The position numbers and the translations under genes were made by a program. DNA of 63,604 nucleotides, counting the filler, from Octopus bimaculoides (taxonomy: Eukaryota): the NCBI RefSeq assembly GCF_001194135.2. It is 6 parts of 5 records of this genome, joined end to end, with 100 filler letters (N's around TTAATTAATTAA, not from the genome) between each part and the next. Parts side by side here need not be neighbours in the genome. Positions count along the whole stretch, not along the records: positions 18,947 to 33,573 come from NC_068982.1; positions 33,674 to 41,617 come from NC_068984.1; 4 more parts are not named here. One strand, given 5' to 3'. The notes under the pieces were generated by a model that was given only the letters and a program-made list of their open reading frames with translations, made no database searches and was not told the DNA's origin. Position 1 is the stretch's first letter; the number at the start of each line of letters is the position of its first letter. Positions 25,424 to 38,856 of the stretch are shown one piece after another.

Positions 25424-26063
25424 ATTTAGTACCATCACGTAAATACCCACTAAGTTTAGTGGTGTAATACTATTGGATAGACCAATTTACGTACGTACAT
25501 ATTAATTGTTGCCAGGGGCACCATATTTCGTTTTACAACCATAATATACTACCAAATATATTCTTTTCTACTCTAAGCACAAAGCCCGAAATTTTGGGTG
25601 AGGGGGCCAGTCGATTAGATCGACCCCAGTACGCAACTGGTACTTAATCTATCGACCCCGAAAGGATGAAAGGCAACGTTGACCTCGGCGGAATTATACT
25701 ACCAGATATATTAAAAGGTTATAACTCAATACTGTGTCCTACTTTTGAGTTAGTAGCGCAATACAATCACTTTTAAGTTTATCTCAACAGTGCTGACTTT
25801 AAATTCTATAGAAAATCTGTAGAAATAAACTTAAAAGTGATTGTAGGATTACATTAGCTAAAGTGTGTACGTTTCCAAGGCAGTAAAGTGTGATTTGAGG
25901 GTGATTTGGCTGCTAATTATCTCAGGACACGCGACCATGTAGAGGCTCACCTGTGGTAGCTGACTGGAGTAACATATATCAATGAAAGAATGGAGAATTG
26001 GTGGAAATATAATCTCTCTCAAAGATACAAGGTTAAAAAATTTGGAGATGATCTCAGGCGTAC

Positions 26064-26268
26064 TCTAGCAAATGTACTGCTTATTTATTCACATCGTTTT
26101 GAATTAGTCATGTATTATCATGTAGCTACAAGATTTCAATGATGTAATTGTTTATTTTTTAGGATGATATTGTAGGGTAGGTGTAAGAGACCAGTTCTGG
26201 CTGGTCTGAGTACAAAACAGGTTGAATATTTGGGTTTGATATGGCTGGTTTAAATGATAGAGGGTTAA
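26064..26268 (+). mobile_element. Possible piggyBac-type MITE remnant (one end)
   Basis: Ends ...ATGATAGAGGGTTAA, like a piggyBac AGGG|TTAA terminus; the partner end was not found. Confidence 0.3.
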
Positions 26269-27137
26269 TCCATTCCCAGTATTCGATTGATACTAACTAT
26301 ATTGAGCTTGGAAGAATAAACTGTAAAGTCGATCACGGTGGGATTTGAACTCAACACTTAAATGTACATAATTCAAAATATGTCTAGTGATCTTCCAATT
26401 CTAGCAGCCACCGCTTCTTCTTTATTCATGCAATGCTAGCCGTGGCGAAAATAAAAGAGCTTGCTATCGAATTTTTTTTTTTTTTTTAATCGGTAAGACA
26501 GAAACATGTGGCGATATTCTGGAATGTTTTAGGGGAAAAATAGCTTTGAGTTCAAACCTTAAGCTTTTAACCTATCACGAATCTTCCTGACAGGAAATGA
26601 ACTCATACTAACTTATTCAATTAAAATCAATAACAGTTCCAGTGGTAATTTGAATTTTTGTTTTGTGGAGAAGAAGGGAGAGGAAAGGGTAGAGGATGGA
26701 GAAACGTTTGATCAGCCACGTGATATGGTATTGCTTCAAACAAAAAGAATAATGGAGAAAATGAGGTCAATGTGTCGAACTGGGAAAGAATGTATCGATT
26801 TCTGACATATACACCAGACCTCGGTGTTACAGAAGAGAGGAGCAAGGAACTAGATTAAAAGGCATTCATTCCTTTCTCAGTAGCATAAGTAACGCAATCG
26901 ATAGGAAAATCATTTCAAAAGAAGATCGAAAACTAGTAAGATGTTAGCAGTTTGTTTATTTTTGCACTATTCACCTATAATGGATGATTTGTACAATAAA
27001 AGTGTGAAAATGTTGTTTGTAACTCTCTCAAAAGTTATCAACGGTGTGAGTGCAGTGAATTGGTCGTAATTAAGCATGAGAAGGTTCACGTAGTCGCCAA
27101 AATTTGGTCTTTATTACTGTCGTTATTTAGCCACGGT

Positions 27138-27406
27138 GGAGGCGCAATGGCCCAGTGGTTAGGGCAGCGAACTCGCGGTCATAGGATCGCGGTTTCGATT
27201 CCCAGACCGGGCGTTGTGAGTGTTTATTGAGCGAAAGCATCTAAAGCTCCACGAGGCTCCTGCAGAGGATGGTAGCGAACCCTGCTGTACTCTTTCACCA
27301 CAACTTTCTCTCACTCTTACTTCCTGTTTCTGTTGTGCCTATAATTCAAAGGGCCAGCCTTGTCACACTGTCTCACGCTGAGTATCCCCGAGAACTACGT
27401 TAAGGG
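27138..27406 (+). mobile_element. SINE family A, 3' end cut by a gap
   Basis: Head GGAGGCGCAATGGCCCAGTGG (A box) and GGTTTCGATTCCC (B box). Confidence 0.85.
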
Positions 27407-28417
27407 NNNNNNNNNNNNNNNNNNNNNNNNNNNNNNNNNNNNNNNNNNNNNNNNNNNNNNNNNNNNNNNNNNNNNNNNNNNNNNNNNNNNNNNNNNNNNN
27501 NNNNNNNNNNNNNNNNNNNNNNNNNNNNNNNNNNNNNNNNNNNNNNNNNNNNNNNNNNNNNNNNNNNNNNNNNNNNNNNNNNNNNNNNNNNNNNNNNNNN
27601 NNNNNNNNNNNNNNNNNNNNNNNNNNNNNNNNNNNNNNNNNNNNNNNNNNNNNNNNNNNNNNNNNNNNNNNNNNNNNNNNNNNNNNNNNNNNNNNNNNNN
27701 NNNNNNNNNNNNNNNNNNNNNNNNNNNNNNNNNNNNNNNNNNNNNNNNNNNNNNNNNNNNNNNNNNNNNNNNNNNNNNNNNNNNNNNNNNNNNNNNNNNN
27801 NNNNNNNNNNNNNNNNNNNNNNNNNNNNNNNNNNNNNNNNNNNNNNNNNNNNNNNNNNNNNNNNNNNNNNNNNNNNNNNNNNNNNNNNNNNNNNNNNNNN
27901 NNNNNNNNNNNNNNNNNNNNNNNNNNNNNNNNNNNNNNNNNNNNNNNNNNNNNNNNNNNNNNNNNNNNNNNNNNNNNNNNNNNNNNNNNNNNNNNNNNNN
28001 NNNNNNNNNNNNNNNNNNNNNNNNNNNNNNNNNNNNNNNNNNNNNNNNNNNNNNNNNNNNNNNNNNNNNNNNNNNNNNNNNNNNNNNNNNNNNNNNNNNN
28101 NNNNNNNNNNNNNNNNNNNNNNNNNNNNNNNNNNNNNNNNNNNNNNNNNNNNNNNNNNNNNNNNNNNNNNNNNNNNNNNNNNNNNNNNNNNNNNNNNNNN
28201 NNNNNNNNNNNNNNNNNNNNNNNNNNNNNNNAGGTAACGAGGGAGGGGTGAGGTAACGAGGGAAGGGTGAGGTAACGAGGGAGGGGTGGCGATGAAGGGA
28301 GAGGGTGGAAGGGAAAAGGTGGGTAGGAGTGAAGAGAGGAATTAGGTGCCAGAGCAAGAGAGGAGAGGTGGGTGGGAAGAAGTAGGTGTGAGAGGAAGAG
28401 AGGAGAGACGAGGAGGG

Positions 28418-28884
28418 TTAGATGAAAAGGGGACGAGAGTTGAGTCCATGTGGCGCCAAGGAGCGAAGAGAGAAGATTAATCTCTGATGGCGGCGAAGAC
28501 GGGAGTCCGGATGGCCCCTGTGCAACACAGTCCGAACACAGACAGGTGTTGTAAAGAGTGACCGGTAGATCGGAAATGGCGCGAGACCGGAGTGTCGTTG
28601 TCGAGTCTGATGTCTCGGAGGTGTTCCGCGAACCGGTCAGCCAAGCGACGTCCTGTTTGACCGATGTATAGAGAAGGACAGAGAGAGCAGGAGATGCAGT
28701 AGATAAAGTTGCGAGGAGTCAGTGATATGATAAGGTCAATGATGGGTACCTGTGAGGAGAGCGGTGTTGGAGAGGTAAGGGCAAGTGCGGCAGCGTGGTC
28801 GGGAGCATGGGAACGAGCCGGGCTGGAAGGTTGGATTAGTGAAGAAGCTGTGGACCAAGAGGTCTCGTAGGTTGTGGGCTTGTT
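28418..28884 (-). mobile_element. Penelope-like element, GIY-YIG endonuclease 3' relic
   Basis: Encodes NLRDLLVHS...PGSFPCSRPRCRTCPY, then after a frameshift FIYCISCSLCPSLYIGQTGRRLADRFAEHLRDIR...PVSRHF...GH...LAPHGLN. The 5' side is lost in a gap. Confidence 0.88.
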
Positions 28885-30861
28885 NNNNNNNNNNNNNNNN
28901 NNNNNNNNNNNNNNNNNNNNNNNNNNNNNNNNNNNNNNNNNNNNNNNNNNNNNNNNNNNNNNNNNNNNNNNNNNNNNNNNNNNNNNNNNNNNNNNNNNNN
29001 NNNNNNNNNNNNNNNNNNNNNNNNNNNNNNNNNNNNNNNNNNNNNNNNNNNNNNNNNNNNNNNNNNNNNNNNNNNNNNNNNNNNNNNNNNNNNNNNNNNN
29101 NNNNNNNNNNNNNNNNNNNNNNNNNNNNNNNNNNNNNNNNNNNNNNNNNNNNNNNNNNNNNNNNNNNNNNNNNNNNNNNNNNNNNNNNNNNNNNNNNNNN
29201 NNNNNNNNNNNNNNNNNNNNNNNNNNNNNNNNNNNNNNNNNNNNNNNNNNNNNNNNNNNNNNNNNNNNNNNNNNNNNNNNNNNNNNNNNNNNNNNNNNNN
29301 NNNNNNNNNNNNNNNNNNNNNNNNNNNNNNNNNNNNNNNNNNNNNNNNNNNNNNNNNNNNNNNNNNNNNNNNNNNNNNNNNNNNNNNNNNNNNNNNNNNN
29401 NNNNNNNNNNNNNNNNNNNNNNNNNNNNNNNNNNNNNNNNNNNNNNNNNNNNNNNNNNNNNNNNNNNNNNNNNNNNNNNNNNNNNNNNNNNNNNNNNNNN
29501 NNNNNNNNNNNNNNNNNNNNNNNNNNNNNNNNNNNNNNNNNNNNNNNNNNNNNNNNNNNNNNNNNNNNNNNNNNNNNNNNNNNNNNNNNNNNNNNNNNNN
29601 NNNNNNNNNNNNNNNNNNNNNNNNNNNNNNNNNNNNNNNNNNNNNNNNNNNNNNNNNNNNNNNNNNNNNNNNNNNNNNNNNNNNNNNNNNNNNNNNNNNN
29701 NNNNNNNNNNNNNNNNNNNNNNNTATATATACACATATACTGATATAGGGGAAAATTAATAATTAATAATTTTACCAAGTAGTTCGGTATGTTAAAATAA
29801 CCATTATCAGTAAACTTATACAAAAAATTTTATAATTATAAGCATAATTATAATTAGGGTTCAGCAAAATTGCTTCACCACATACCGAAATTTAGAAATA
29901 GCAGTTAAATACTATTCCACTACCATAAGATATCTCCCAGACAGCAATACTCCCAACTCACGCAGGCAAAGAGAAAAAATAACGAATCCACCCGGCTTTG
30001 ATCAACTATATACGCGTCTATCGATTAAAGAGATGTAAAACATTTTTACTCATTTATTTCCGTCTTCAATATAGTATTTCAATTATAAGTTTGAGAGTGC
30101 TAATAAAGATATATATTCGACCAAGCGCCATCGAATAGCTTATATCCCAAAACCAGCACTTCCGAATTTATATAGACGGGTGAGAACTCACAGTGTGTTA
30201 CATATCCCATGGCCCCATTAATTACAGGTATAAACCTGAACATATATATATGGAACTAATCCAATTCAATATTTGGTTATTATGAGACTATATTATTGTA
30301 TTTTCTTTATTCAGTATTTCTAACTTCGGCAGAAAACTAAAAACATACGAGAGGAGGAATTAAGTCGATTACATCTATTCCAATACTTGACTGACACAAA
30401 AGCAAGTTAACCTCAGTTGTATTTGAACTCAGAACATAAAACGCCGGCAGTTAATGCTACAAAGTATTTTATTCGTTGCGTTAATGGATCTGGTAGCTTG
30501 TCGCCTTATTCCATTTTATTAATACCACACACATACGCACGAACACATACACACACACACACATAAATATGTAGGAGCACCGGACTCACAATCTAGAGGT
30601 AGTGAGATCGATTCCTGGACCGGGCTGTGCTGTGTTCTTGAGCAAGACACTTTATTTCCAGTTCACTCAGCTGTAGAAATGAGTTGTAACGTCACTGGTG
30701 CCAAGCTGTATCGGCCTTTGATTTCCCTTGGGTAACATCGGTGACGTGGAGAGGGGGGTGGGGGGCTGGTATCCCTGGGCGACTGCTGGTCTTCCATAAA
30801 CAACTTGTGCCACGGAGAGAAAGTTTTTAAGTGCAATCCCTTGGTCATTCATGACCGAAGC

Positions 30862-31540
30862 GTATGTATGTATGTATGTATGTATGTATGTTATTATTCA
30901 GTTTATTTCAAGATTTCTTGCCAATAGAGGAAGAACCGGTTTCTAACCTAGATCCAAGGCTCCTTCATTGGAATTTCAACATCAACAACAGGGTACTTTT
31001 GTTTGTATGTATGCATGTATGTATGTATGTATGTATGTGCAGATTTGTATTTTTTATGTATGTTTTCTCATGTATATAGTTGCATCTCTAGACATGCTCA
31101 TATATATTTAAATGATAAACTTCTGGAAACTTTTACAGATGTTTAGAGTTCCAGTGATGGATTGGATCTATAGTCTTCGAATTAGCTTTCTCCTTTCTGG
31201 TCCTGAGAAACTCAATTTCTCAAGAGTGGTATATAGGCAGTGTGTTACATATCCCAGGCCCCCAATAATTACAGGTATAAACCTGAACTTGTAATCTGGA
31301 TAGAGTAAGTGCAGATTTCTCAATAGTTCAGCATAGGTGTTCTCTTTTTCACTGATCTTCAGCTTTATGTTAACATCCACTGGGCAGCTAATTTCCACGA
31401 TTGTGCATAGTTTCTCTTCTCTATCCCAAATCATTATACCAGGTCTGTTGTGCTTCCATTTTATTGAGGTCTTCACTGGTACATTCCACCAGTATTCCTT
31501 TTTTGTATGTATGTATGTATGTATGTATGTATGTATGTAT
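30862..31540 (-). mobile_element. 5'-truncated REL-endonuclease non-LTR retrotransposon (R4/NeSL/HERO-like) in a (CATA)n microsatellite
   Basis: Encodes EYWWNVPVKTSIKWKHNRPGIMIWD...IVEISCPVDVNIKLKISEKENTYAELL...FIPVIIGGLG..., the REL pattern RPD.....D...I.E...P.D....K..EK, with RPD changed to RPG and a premature stop. (TATG)n lies at both ends and inside the 3' UTR. Confidence 0.85.
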
Positions 31541-32818
31541 GAGGAGTGTCAATGAAAATGGAAGTCAACAGATTGTTTTATAGTCTATGATAGAGATTAA
31601 AATAGTAAAGATCTCAATTCTTGATAGAAAAGCAACAACAAAATTGATTCATCTCTATATGTAAAGAGAAGCCTAGACTTGATAGCAAACGTAGTGAATT
31701 AGAATGAATACCACATCATACTTAGTGTTCGTTTCTATATTCTGTATTGAACTATCGTCTTAGCCAATTTAAAATTTCATACAACTGAAAACGCAACTGT
31801 TAATATAATCACCGGAACTGAACTGCGTTGTATCCATGAACAAGATAATTCTCAAATAGTTTCAATGAGTAGAACTGATGGACGACTTCACGTTAACACT
31901 GTCGTGTATTTCGATAGTTTGCAACACTGCAATACTGATGAACCCCGGCAAGTTAACTTTTCCTAGGTACATCAAATGAAGTCATAATCCTTAAGGGTGT
32001 CTTTTATGGAAATATTCTGCATCGGGTGACAGATTCATCCCTCTCCATAAATTAAACTAGAGTAATTAATATTTTCTCCCTTAATTATTCATTGCAGTAA
32101 AGATACTGACAAAAGGAAATAAAAGCAATTTTCACTTGGCAATTAAAGATGATTGGCGTTTCAACTTTCACTTGCAGATAACACCGATAACATTATCGCA
32201 AAAAGTTAAATCTTGTGTTGAATCTAAGAATGATTTAGTTGCGTAACTAAATGATGCTTGTGTTGCCGTAACTAATGTTGTTATTACTACTTGTAGTCCT
32301 TATCTTTTTATTTTGAAACAACGTGTTAATCTTACAGGATGACAGGGAGCTCTGTTTGATTGTCTGCCAGAAATAGCAACCTAATATTAAAACACATTTT
32401 ATTGTTATAGAAGCCATATTTGTGCAGGATAATGTAGTTCTGAATATAACAGTTATTTTAAAAACAAAAAAGAAAAGAAAAGAAAGCAGGATGATTGCGG
32501 CTGGAATGCCATTGATTATAGGTCTGTCTGATTGGGGTTGATCTGAAACTAAACATCATCAACAGTATCGTAATTAGCGAAATAGTCTCTACGCAGTCGA
32601 TCAATGTGCTAGAAATAAGTCAAATCTCACTCGAGTCACACCCTTCCGTCTTACTTGAACACATTGGATAATATAGTATTAGGTATACTTTGTCTGAAAA
32701 AACTGACCGGATGATCATGGCTGTCATGCCCTTTGATCATAAGACAACTGAATTAAGACGGACCTATGGTAAAACAACGTTCATTTCTTTCTTTCTTTCT
32801 TTCTCTTTCTTTATTTTT

Positions 32819-32875
<57 letters not shown>

Positions 32876-33392
32876 TCTTGTTCTTTATCATGTACACACA
32901 TCTGAAAAGGTAACTAACTAGATGTATGAATAGACATACAAAAAGATAAACAGACAGGCAGACAGGTAAACAGGTAAAAAGATTGACACCAAATAGAAAA
33001 CAAATATATAGATATATCACTTACTTGTTGATGATTTCTTTGTATCATATGCTTCCTGATAATCTTGGCTTGGCTCGGCAGACTCCATTGGGACACCTTC
33101 AGCCTTCAAATGCATACAAATGTCGAAAAATGAATTCTAGAATGCTAAGTGACGTCATAAATCTTAAATGTATGTTTTATTGTGACAAAGTTGGAGAAGG
33201 TTATCGAGGTTGGTCAATCTATTTATTACATTAGTCTGCACTGATAATATTGAAAATACTGGCTAAAACGTCTGCCAGAAGCAATTTTTTAGAGCATCTG
33301 AATATCTTGGAAGGTTGTAGAACAACTGTAACTATCTAGTTCCGTAATTACCAGTCAAAATTTTCTGATTTTTTTAGTCTCCTTCATGTATC

Positions 33393-33426
<34 letters not shown>

Positions 33427-33514
33427 CACACACATATGAACTCAATATATAATGGAGGGAGACACAAATATCGTCCTAGCAGCAGGTAGTGAGAATGCCT
33501 GTCATTCGGCTTAG

Positions 33515-33551
<37 letters not shown>

Positions 33552-33673
33552 ATTCGTATATATATATATATATNNNNNNNNNNNNNNNNNNNNNNNNNNN
33601 NNNNNNNNNNNNNNNNNTTAATTAATTAANNNNNNNNNNNNNNNNNNNNNNNNNNNNNNNNNNNNNNNNNNNN

Positions 33674-33707
<34 letters not shown>

Positions 33708-34248
33708 CTACTAGTAAAGTTTTCATTTTGGTTTACTTTCTACCCACAATCCACAACTTTTGTGTTACTTTACATGAAATTAATCTAGCAGAACAAGTCA
33801 GAAAGCTTAGGAGTTACAGTAATATGATATGAAAGATTACCCGTGGAATGTAACTGTCAAGACTCAAATATATCAGACATAATGATCGGAGACGGTGAAA
33901 GAGAGCGTGGTGCACAAATAAGCAGATGTTAGCATAATGTTAAAGATGGGAGAACAATATATCAACAGTGGTGAAGCTAGTGAGAAATATGCAGAAAATC
34001 TACCCGACTATAGCTTTAAATTTATGTCTGAAGTTTCTGGAGCATTTACCTCAACACCAGTCTTTAGATACTGGGATTCACCAAACTAGAAAGGATACGG
34101 CTAATAAGGAAATTACAGTTGCAAGACGTTAATACAACTGGGAAAATAAGTAAAATATTCCAGTTTAGTTATATAACCGCTTATACATACGTATGGAAAT
34201 GCAAAGGTTAAGCCACGCACCTTGTGCATCAACTTCACCCTATACACG

Positions 34249-34293
<45 letters not shown>

Positions 34294-34294
34294 T

Positions 34295-34940
34295 TGATAG
34301 TTTGCATAACACAATATCTTTTCCAAAAATAATAGCATTTAAAAAAAATCACATTTTCAAGACTTCTGGAAAACTGGCACATGTGTTCCTCATTGTGTCC
34401 CTGGGAAGACCTTCGAACACCTCCTCCAGTTTGGCCTGGTCTTGCAGGCAGAGCAGTTGGTGTCTTTCTCAACAGTGCCCTACAAATAGCAATCCAAGAG
34501 ATTACAATCAGGGGAATTAGGAACCCAGAAATTGATGCTGGTGGAGTCAGAAATTATTTGACAACCACATCTGACTCTTTTTCGGAGGTATGGTGAGGAA
34601 CCGAATTCTGCTGCCACATGTGGTCTTCCAGCCAGGGATTAGCGAGCCTAACGCCCTATTTAAAGATGTGGAACAGCATGACGTCATTCTCACTGACGAC
34701 ACACCTAAAGAGCATCACATTTTAGAGGAACTTGGTTCTCATGATACGTGGGACATCACATAGATTGTAGGTAAGCGAACTACTGTTCTGTTTGTTGCGC
34801 AACTGGTCCTGACAAATTCTTTTCACCTGAGAAGAATCCTATCATCCCTGACTGAACAGGATGCTTCACTTTGTTCGAGAGCTTCTTTGCCTTCGTCTAG
34901 CAGCTCCCCTCGGCCTTAGCTGTAAAAACTTGTCACTTGC
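34295..34940 (-). mobile_element. Degenerate Tc1/mariner transposase
   Basis: Recognisable through stops and frameshifts: FFS(D>G)EKN(F)...RIMRTKF..VM.F.CV.SE.DVM...WQQNSVPHHTS...FWVPNSPDCNLLDCYL*GTVEKDTN (cf. WPPNSPDLNPLD). Confidence 0.8.
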
Positions 34941-36818
34941 AACTTTTGTACGTGTGATAGCGATGGTCGTCATTCAGGAGTAGATTCATGGTGGTGACTC
35001 CAACGCCCATCTCTTTCGCCAATGCGAAATTAAATGAAAATATTTAGATCCATATGTGCAATGACCATGCCTACTTAGACTCAAACATACGTGTGCCGAT
35101 ATGTACATATATACATAACTAATTATAAGTATATATATTTACATTTATTCATACTGTCATATTCATATACACCCATACTATCATAGTCATATACACACAT
35201 ATATATACATACATATATTAATATGTGCGTATATGTGTCTGTATGTGTATGTATGTGTGAATGTATGTATATAATAATATAAATAGTATATATATATATA
35301 TATATGCATATATGGGTACAGGACGTCACCAACTGCAAACATGAAGTACGAAAACAAACGACGACCATTCATCAGTTGTCGGCTGTCTATCTACTCGTTT
35401 CGAGCATTCGACGACAATATGATTCTTCGAAAACAGTTGCTCCCATAACTTCCGAATAAAATTTTCAATTTTATGGAGGGTCAAAGTTGGAAAAAAAGAA
35501 AACAAGACGGTGGAGACATATAAAGAAACCGAACGAAAACAAACATGGAGGGTCATTAGACCGGAACGAGGGAAAATAGTGAACGCTGAGAGAAATATTT
35601 TTCTTCAAAAGAAAAAAGATAGGAGAGAAAGATAGAAGAGTCCAGTCCTTAAGACGTCGTGCAGGAAAAGAAAGATGGTTACGTAAGGAAAAGAATGATG
35701 GATGATGGTCACGTGTGAGCAACGAGAGAGAGAGAGAGAGAGAGAAAGAGAAAGAGAGAGAGAGAGAGATAGAAAACGGTGAAGGCGAGAAAAAGGGAAT
35801 TAGAGAAGGATGGGGGAGAAAACAGTATAAAATAGAGTTGCATCGAAAAGATTAAGATAAACTTACTTGGAAATGGATGTGTGGCGTTCAATTAAATAAT
35901 AATATAAATAATATATATGTGTNNNNNNNNNNNNNNNNNNNNNNNNNNNNNNNNNNNNNNNNNNNNNNNNNNNNNNNNNNNNNNNNNNNNNNNNNNNNNN
36001 NNNNNNNNNNNNNNNNNNNNNNNNNNNNNNNNNNNNNNNNNNNNNNNNNNNNNNNNNNNNNNNNNNNNNNNNNNNNNNNNNNNNNNNNNNNNNNNNNNNN
36101 NNNNNNNNNNNNNNNNNNNNNNNNNNNNNNNNNNNNNNNNNNNNNNNNNNNNNNNNNNNNNNNNNNNNNNNNNNNNNNNNNNNNNNNNNNNNNNNNNNNN
36201 NNNNNNNNNNNNNNNNNNNNNNNNNNNNNNNNNNNNNNNNNNNNNNNNNNNNNNNNNNNNNNNNNNNNNNNNNNNNNNNNNNNNNNNNNNNNNNNNNNNN
36301 NNNNNNNNNNNNNNNNNNNNNNNNNNNNNNNNNNNNNNNNNNNNNNNNNNNNNNNNNNNNNNNNNNNNNNNNNNNNNNNNNNNNNNNNNNNNNNNNNNNN
36401 NNNNNNNNNNNNNNNNNNNNNNNNNNNNNNNNNNNNNNNNNNNNNNNNNNNNNNNNNNNNNNNNNNNNNNTGTACATGTGTATGTGTGTGTGTTTCACTG
36501 TGACCAAATAGTGTGCATGTGTATAGTGTATGTATGTGGGCGAAAGTTATCTTTGTCTATGTGTGTTGCGTATGTTTATGCGTGCATTATGTGTGTTGTG
36601 TGTGTGTGAATGTGTATATATTGTCTGTGTTTTAATATTATGTGCTTGTGTGGGTGTGGGAGTGTGAATGATGGTGTGTGGTGTGTGTACTGAGTTCATC
36701 AGTGGGTATGGGTGTGTGTGTATAGTGATGCGTGTGAATGAGAGTACTGAGATGGGGGGTATGCGGGTGTGTAGATAAAGAGTGTGGGAGGTGAGTGGAA
36801 ATCCGTGTGGGATTGTTA

Positions 36819-37231
36819 TCAGACGAAGAGAGGAGGTGAGCTGAGCCCATGTGGAGCACAGGAACGAAGCGAGAAAATTAATTCCTATTTACGACGAAGG
36901 CAGGAGTCCTGGTGGCCCCTGTGCAGAGACTGTCAGAACACAGATGCTGTAGCGAATGACCAGTAGAGCGGAAATGACGCGAGACCAGGGTGTAATTGCT
37001 GAACCTGACGTCCCGGGGCTGCTCCGCGAACCGGTCAGCCAAGCGGTGTCCCGTTTGACCAATGTACAAGGAAAGACAGAGAGAGCTGGAGATGCAGTAA
37101 ATGACATTACTAAAGGATCAGGTAAAGGAGTCAGTGACGTAATAGGGACGGTGATGGGTACCTGTGGGAGGTACGGGCAAGTGCGACAGTGTGGGTGGGA
37201 GCAGGGGAAGGAGGCAGGTAAGGTGACGGGA
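36819..37231 (-). mobile_element. Second Penelope-like GIY-YIG relic
   Basis: Encodes SFPCSHPHCRTCPYL...YIGQTGHRLADRFAEQPRDVRFSNYTLVSRHFRSTGHSLQHL, with frameshifts. Confidence 0.85.
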
Positions 37232-37264
<33 letters not shown>

Positions 37265-38095
37265 TTCTCTCGTTGCTCACCTATTCTTCTACTTCCTCCC
37301 TTTGTTTCTCCCTCTACCACTCTCTCTCTCTCTCTCTCTCTCTCCTTTACCCCTGCATGGTCACATGCTTTCGGTCACTAATCCTTTTCTTCCTTGGCTA
37401 TCGCCGAGCAAACACGCGAACTTACTTCGTCCCCACTTTCAAGTTCGTGCCTCACAGCGTTCATATACACATAATTTTTCACGTTTGGCCGCATAGCCTT
37501 TTCCGTTTGTTTTCCTGTNNNNNNNNNNNNNNNNNNNNNNNNNNNNNNNNNNNNNNNNNNNNNNNNNNNNNNNNNNNNNNNNNNNNNNNNNNNNNNNNNN
37601 NNNNNNNNNNNNNNNNNNNNNNNNNNNNNNNNNNNNNNNNNNNNNNNNNNNNNNNNNNNNNNNNNNNNNNNNNNNNNNNNNNNNNNNNNNNNNNNNNNNN
37701 NNNNNNNNNNNNNNNNNNNNNNNNNNNNNNNNNNNNNNNNNNNNNNNNNNNNNNNNNNNNNNNNNNNNNNNNNNNNNNNNNNNNNNNNNNNNNNNNNNNN
37801 NNNNNNNNNNNNNNNNNNNNNNNNNNNNNNNNNNNNNNNNNNNNNNNNNNNNNNNNNNNNNNNNNNNNNNNNNNNNNNNNNNNNNNNNNNNNNNNNNNNN
37901 NNNNNNNNNNNNNNNNNNNNNNNNNNNNNNNNNNNNNNNNNNNNNNNNNNNNNNNNNNNNNNNNNNNNNNNNNNNNNNNNNNNNNNNNNNNNNNNNNNNN
38001 NNNNNNNNCTGTACCCAGATATGCACCTATATATACAGGTAGACGTAGGTATGCACATACCTGTACGTATATATGCATATACTCATTTATTATTT

Positions 38096-38167
<72 letters not shown>

Positions 38168-38383
38168 GGGAGCGATAAACAGATTGACAGACAGGCAGGT
38201 AAACAGAGACAGTCATAGATAAAGACAGAGTTAGAGAGAGTGAGACAGAGAGAGAAAGAGTGTGTGTATGAGTATGTAAATATATATATTTATATGTGTA
38301 TACATACACTCATACACACATACCCGGTGTATCAAAAAGAAATACGGAACAACTCTGCAACACACCGTCATAACAGTGTTACG

Positions 38384-38447
<64 letters not shown>

Positions 38448-38796
38448 CAGTAGTCAAAGCGGTGGATGTCACCTGGTCGTGTCACCAATGTGTCACACCC
38501 TGCCAACAGGTTCCAAAGTGAAATGATAATCAGATAATCATATCTCATCGCAATAAGTCAACCGTGATAATCTCTGCGATAAAGGAGAGCTTATGCGCGA
38601 CCCCACATATACACACAAACATGCACACAAATGTATATGCATATACACACACAAATAATATCGTACAAACGTTTCAAAATAGGTCTTGTCCTGTCAGTTT
38701 CCTTTTAAATATATATGCATATGTCTATGTATGTGTACGTATGTGTGTGTGCGTACGTGCGTGTGTGCGTGCGTGTGTGCGTGCGTGCGTGCGCGT

Positions 38797-38856
<60 letters not shown>

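Noticed and set aside
27360-29823. Long ORFs in the track that span N runs (also about 2.1-2.6, 5.4-5.9, 35.9-36.6, 37.3-38.3, 42.6-43.5, 53.0-53.7, 57.5-58.3 and 62.7-63.2 kb)
   Set aside because: They are open only because N codons contain no stop.
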